A stretch of DNA of 64,000 bases, taken from Monocercomonoides exilis PA203 (Eukaryota; Protista; Preaxostyla). Both the position numbers and the translations under genes were made by a program. The stretch covers positions 2,542,001 through 2,606,000 of the forward strand of contig LSRY02000001.1 in assembly GCA_001643675.2 (NCBI GenBank). The letters run 5' to 3'. Below the pieces are notes generated by a model. The model searched no databases. It saw only the letters and a program-made list of their open reading frames with translations, and was not told the DNA's origin. This document shows positions 58,138 to 64,000 of the stretch, one piece after another (the first letter of the stretch is position 1; each line of letters starts with the position of its first letter).

Positions 58138-60840
58138 ACGGAAATAAATTCTGTTTTGATTTGAAAAATTAAATATAATACGAATGATCATTTTATATTT
58201 TTTTTTTCACATGATTGAAAAGTGAATATATGCAATTGAAATACTTATTATAATATTTGAAATAAATTAGAGATGATATTAAATTAAAATTATCCTATTT
58301 AACAGCTGTCCAGTGTAAAACTGTTTTTCACAAAAAAATGTGAAGTGCCAATACAAAGTCAAAAATTGATTATAGAATTGAAGAATTATTTAAAATACTA
58401 AAATATCTATTTTCAAATTGTTGTTTTATTCCAAGTCATTATTCGAAAAATATGACTTTTTTATTTATGACAATTTATTTACAATATGTTCGACTTTTCA
58501 AATGTCAAAGCTTTTGAAAGTGTGCATCCTTTCCAATTTATAAAAAAAACAAGTCCTTCCACAAAATTCACCTTTCTCTCTCTCTCTCTCTCTCACTTTC
58601 TCTCCTCAATTGTCTTTTTTTGTTCTGAAGATGTTCTCTTTATCATTCGGCAATTCACATTCCCACCTGTTTTGTCTGTTGCACAACTTCTCCAAATTCT
58701 TCATCACAAAAAACTAAGCAAGCCCTTCTGCTCTATTCGTTTCCTGGTTTCTTGCTCCTTCTCAATTCTGCATATTTATCTGTTTGAGTGAAATATCAAT
58801 ATTATTTTTGTTTTTTAATAAAATTAAACACTCATCTGCTTTCCTTTTGTAAATTGTTTCTTTTTTGAAATGTCCTTTGTGCAGACAGAGAAAAACATGT
58901 TATGTTGCATTCAACGAACATGTTCTTTCAAAAATACAAAAAGAAAACAAAAAACAGGAATCAAACAAATATTGGCGTTTGGTGTGTATTGTTTAAATAT
59001 CTCAAAAGCCCATTTTGCAAAATGAAATAATTTTAATAAAAATTCAAATAAATTCAATCGTTTTCCTTGTTTTTCTGTTGCAAAACTTTCTTCAGTCAAA
59101 GAAAATTAAAAAAAAAATCCATTTTTCCAACAAACATTTATGAAATAATCTTCCTTCTTTGCAAGCCAAGCTTTCTCATTTCCACACACAAATAACCCCA
59201 TCTGCCTCTTCTCCCTTCCTCAACTCTTGTTCCTCTCTTTCCTTCTCGCATTGTTCCTGCTTCCCTCTCTTTTCTTCTTCTTCTTCTTCTTCGCCCTCTT
59301 CCATGTGTTGCATAAATGTCGTTTTTTTCTCTCATGAAAAGCCTTCCAATGCAAAATCGTTCAAAGTCAGTGCTTTTCAGACAATTTGAGAATCTGTGCA
59401 TTTAAAAGATGGATTGCCTTCAAAATGCTCTCGCGCAAATATGTCTTCAAACTAAAAAAAGGGAAATGCGAAAACAAATGGAACAGAATAAATGAAAAAA
59501 TGATTCACACTCCGCAACAAATGCTAAGCGGTTGACTTTACTGCTGTTCAAAGCATTGCGTTCGTCAATTCAAGGCTGCCAATGTGTTTCGGCAAGTCCA
59601 ATAAAATTGCAATGAAAATGGGAGTATGTTCGAAGAAGAATGATAATCGGAATGTGACTAAATACCGATAAAAATAAATGTCAAAATCATGGAAATCGTT
59701 TTGGCTTCGCTTGTCAACACAAAAAAAGATGAATCAACAATTAATGCCAATGCTGGACAAATAAATCGCAGAGCCTTCAAGTGCATGGTCGCTTGCCATC
59801 TGATTATTGCTGTGTTTTGTTGAAGAAATCGATATCTTCTCCGCTGCTGACAACAATTTTGTTCAGGCTGGTGAAAATGAGCGTGCTATAATACTCTGTG
59901 TTTGATGCCTTGCCTTTCTTCCTGACTTTGTTTGTTCCGGTTGCTGAAAAGAGCAGTCTGAATAAAGATTTGATGAAGAGGCTTCCTCGGGGAAATGTCC
60001 CGTTTCGAATCCTTTTGCTACTGCAAATCCATAGTCTAAAGCTGGATGATGGCTTTTGCCCCGTCTTTTTCCTTGCTGTTGAAAATTCAAGTTTTCATTT
60101 GGTGAAACAGTTATCAAAGCATCTATTATGGTTATAATAATGTTTTTTTCAACAATAATAGATGAATTGCACAATTTTAGTGTAATTGTGAATTTTTTGT
60201 AAAATTTTGAAATTCGTATATGTTATTTTGAAATAATCGAGTAATTTTGAAATTTTTCGGAAGAATTGAAAATAAGGCAGTTATTTTAAGTTCCACAAAC
60301 AAATTTCAAGTTCAAAATTAATTGTGGGAAAATCTGAATTGTTCTCCTTAAAATTGCAACAATCAAAGATAGCTGTTAATTTATCACTAATATTATTAAA
60401 TATGTTTTATACAATTTTCAGAACATTTAATAACAAATAATGCGAAATTTATCATTTTTCGTATTTTTGTGATAATCGTATAGAAAAAATAAAATTATTT
60501 TACGTTTAATACGATTATTGAAATGTTTCCATGAACAAAAAATGATTGTCATTATTCAAAACAGTTCAAAATTTCCATAAAATGGTTATAAATTACTGAT
60601 TTGCAAAAATCAAGAGAATACATCAAATATCAAAGAAGAGTGCAAAAAAGAAATCAAAAACATTTCAAATATTGATGTTTTGTATTGTTATGAATATTTC
60701 ATGGAGAAAAAAAATGACACCTGGTAGAAAACATGTCAAAAAAGAAAAGAAAAAATAAAATTTCAATTTTGTTATATTTCCTCATTATGTTTTGCTGATG
60801 GAATTGACAAAATCATCAAAAGATAAAAGCAAATATCGTT

Positions 60841-60897
60841 GCTTCTTCTTCTTCTTCTTCTTCTTCTTCTTCTTCTTCTTCTCCTTCTCCTTCTTCT
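60841..60897 (+). repeat. (CTT)n microsatellite
   Basis: Directly visible tandem CTT repeats. Confidence 0.95.
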
Positions 60898-60959
60898 CTA
60901 AATGTTATTCCTTAAGGAAACAAAACTCTTTTGAGCCATCTCTGCTTTCAATTTCACTG

Positions 60960-61950
60960 TCAATTTCCATCCTTCACTTCTTCCTCCCCAAAAAAATTTC
61001 TGAAGCCCTATTCTCTATTCTTTTTCCACTCGAATGCCTGGACAAACTCCATTCTATAAAAAACTGAAAAATAAGAAGATTCCATCCAAAGAATCCCTTC
61101 CCATCCCTTGCCATAACCTTCTTCTTTTTCTCTCCATTTCCTCCAAAATAACAACTCCCCTCTTCCACACATCCTCCATCTCTTCCACAAACAATTGCAA
61201 ATTTTCTTTCTTTTTCACTCCTTGTAACGCCTTTTCCCATCATCCTTCTCCTAATCAAAAAATTAATACTTCATTTCTTTGTTAGTCTCTGGTGCAAGAC
61301 ACCCTCTCATGGAAAACCCCTCATATCGCTCCATCCCTGTTACGCCTCTGTCTCCACACCTCCAATGCAAAGCGCCAGCGCTGATGTTCCTTCTTCCTGT
61401 CTTCCTCCACATCAGCCTCCATCCCTTGCCCCGAAAATGAGAGGCGCGTCCAAACAGTTCACAAAATAAATTATACAAAAAAAATGAAGAATATTTTTCT
61501 TCACTTTTTTCTTCAACCCCACTTCTCTTTCTTATCAAACATACATCCACAAATACTCTTCTCTTTGTTCCGCCTCATATAAACACTCCTCTCTCTCCCT
61601 GCATTTGAAAAAAAATAACATCTCCTCCACATATCTCTTCATCTCTTGTCCTCTCCCCCAATGAATATATTCCATTCACTCCACTCATCTTCCTCCCTTC
61701 TTATTTCCCCTCTCATCCCACCTCCTCAACAACAAATTCCTTTTCCCCAACAAATAACACGACCTCTGCACCTTCCAACTCACAAAAATCGAAAAAACAA
61801 CCCCTTAAAATCTCATCCCAATCCATCTCCATTGCATCCATTTTGCCTCTTATACCTCCCCAAAATACCTCTGTCTTCACAAAAAATATCATTTTATCGT
61901 TCCTTTCCCCCTCCAAAACCCTACCTCCTCCAAATATTCAACTTAATCTC
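60960..61950 (-). pseudogene. Heavily decayed Gly-rich coding-like fragment, possibly from a surface/receptor beta-helix gene
   Basis: Purine-rich minus strand with short ORF pieces. R*NDIFCEDRGIL resembles RRNIICSDSASL of the 50347-58137 protein. Confidence 0.25.
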
Positions 61951-61989
61951 TCTACACATTTGATCCATCCTTTTAAACACCTGTAAACT

Positions 61990-62450
61990 CTTAATGCACA
62001 TTCAACCACAATACAGAGCTTAGCATTCTTTTCTATTTTTGCAGAAAATTTGTTATGGAAAATGATCAATTTCAAATGCTCACAAACTGTCAACTGAGTG
62101 AGATTCCGAAGCCAAAACAAGACAGGTTGATGAAATGAATTAATTACAGTGAAAAGGTTGGGCATAACAAAAACGATACCTGGTTGATAAAAGATGAATT
62201 TGTAAATTATGAAAGCTGGAATGCTTTGGGGCTATGACATTTTCGATGGAAATGAAGTATTTTGAGGTATGTAGTTATTATTGTTCTATTGATTGCAAAG
62301 ATGTTTCCATCTATATCCTCCCCAAAGTTGTGATTCAAGCAAATTATACAAATTGGAAAATCTATTCTTTGCAGAGCAGAACAGCTAGGAAGGGAGCCAA
62401 ATGTTTCCTTACAAATATATTAGAACCTGAATATATTTTGTTACAAATAT
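61990..62450 (-). repeat. Diverged orphan copy of the family-gene upstream module
   Basis: AAGATGTTTCCATCTATATCCTCCCCAAAGT (~62298-62328) matches AAGATATTTTCATCTGTATCCTCTCCAAAGT (~43571-43601). No family gene is adjacent. Confidence 0.55.
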
Positions 62451-64000
62451 TTATGGCAGTTATTTTGAACTTAACATGCGCGATGGATAGAAATACGATG
62501 AATATGAATTAATACGGAATAGACAGCCTCTGAATGTGGAAAACGTGTGTACATAAGAAATTATATTTTAACTTACGATGACGATGAATAACTCTGTCCA
62601 AAGAAAAATATGAAATGGATATTTTGTGAGAAATAAATAATGAGAAAAAAATAAAGAAAAACGAGGGAAAAAGGCAGAACAGGAAGTTCGAAGACAAATG
62701 AAGGGAAACATCTGTATTATTGCTGCAAAAACTTACAGGAATTGTTGAAAAGATGCTGAGCTGTTGAAATACATCACTGAAACCTTTTTTTTGTAACTTG
62801 CATTCTTTCAATCTTTTTTTTTGAAGAAATTCTGCAAAAAAAAAAAAAATATTTGAAATTGTAATGAATATCGTTTATTGTGATTTTTTCCCAATTGTTT
62901 ATCAAAAAATATAGTGCAATAAAGTTTTATTTGAATCAAAATTAATCACCAAAAAATATCTTTTGAATATCTTTTCAACTATTTTCAATTTTTTAAACAG
63001 CAGCGCATTTTTCGTTAAAATGCTTTGAAAAACTTCATGAATATGCATTATATATTTTTTCACAGAAAAAATTTGTCCACCTGAGTTATTGCAAAATTCC
63101 CCAAAAATTTCGAGATTTCCATAGACAATTTCAAAATTATTGGGTTATTTCAAAATCACCAAATAATATAGAAATTTTTTTTTATTTCACAATTCATCTA
63201 ATATATAATTCAAAAATTAATTAACTTGGTAAAGTGTGACTTATTGGTGTTCATGGGTTTCTCTTTTTTTCATTCAATATATGAAAAGACAGTTTGAAAT
63301 TGTGAAGTTGATTCATCAGGTGCAAAGCATGTTATTTCATTCTGATAAAAGCTCCAAATGATATAATTGAATGAAATTTTCATCAAAACCAGAAATTGAC
63401 ATTATTTAATATTATTCAACTTTTCATTAATTGCTGAACAAATCGTTTAGGCCTCTGCGACACAATATTTTGTATGTGATTTGTCGGTCGAGCCGGCAGT
63501 CATCTGTCGTTTAATTATTTCTCATTAAAATTTTCTATTTTTCGATTAAAATGGTTTTCTGTGTTTGATTTTAATTTATTCCGTTATCATGTTTAATATC
63601 AAGCTCAACAAATTTAAATAGCAAGATTATTTAAAAAATTTTGTGTTAATTGAAAATTTATTGAAAAACAAAAAATATTATTCCTGTTGATCAATTTGAA
63701 AATTCATTTCCTCTACGTGTTTTGATTTGTTTTGATAATCATACTTTATCAAGGGAAAGACACTTAATGTTCAATTCACCTCTATGATTTGAATATTGAT
63801 TAACAAGTTTATTTGTTCTTTGTTTTCATCATATTTCAAACTGAATGCATTTTGGACAAGGTTGCACAATTCATGTTTTTGTCTTTTCATCAGGTTTAGA
63901 GAATTGAATAACGTTATAAATGGAGCAAATGATCACCAAATTTAGCTTATTGTTTGAATTCAGCGATTTGTTTGAAAATATAAACCCCAAGGAGGTGCTC

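Noticed and set aside
58480-60174. Possible gene from ORF fragments 59138-59401 and 59863-60174
   Set aside because: The fragments are short, interrupted and lack a recognisable motif, so no call can be supported.

Overview
AT-rich eukaryotic (protist) genomic DNA with short GT-AG introns of about 55-80 nt. Gene families and the Ser/Glu-rich low-complexity style resemble the oxymonad Monocercomonoides; this is recognition, not a database result. The window holds three large genes: a ~2681-aa Trk/HKT-type cation transporter inflated by low-complexity inserts (10568-18686, +); an 1850-aa type-I surface protein of four beta-helix-like modules, two of them nearly identical at nucleotide level (34915-40467, -); and a ~2596-aa receptor-like protein with a GGAI beta-helix ectodomain and a degenerate TKL-type kinase domain (50347-58137, -). 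Six copies of an expanded three-exon hypothetical gene family are interspersed (three intact, three disrupted), and they show patchwork sequence sharing and a co-duplicated upstream module. The clearest unannotated structure is a 5,780-bp element (1418-7197) with apparently perfect 372-bp terminal inverted repeats and a TA target duplication. It carries decayed gene-like cargo and no recognisable transposase, and removing it exactly restores the C-terminus of a family gene. Two MITE-like hairpins and several pseudogenic stretches are also present. No rRNA, tRNA or CRISPR array was seen.
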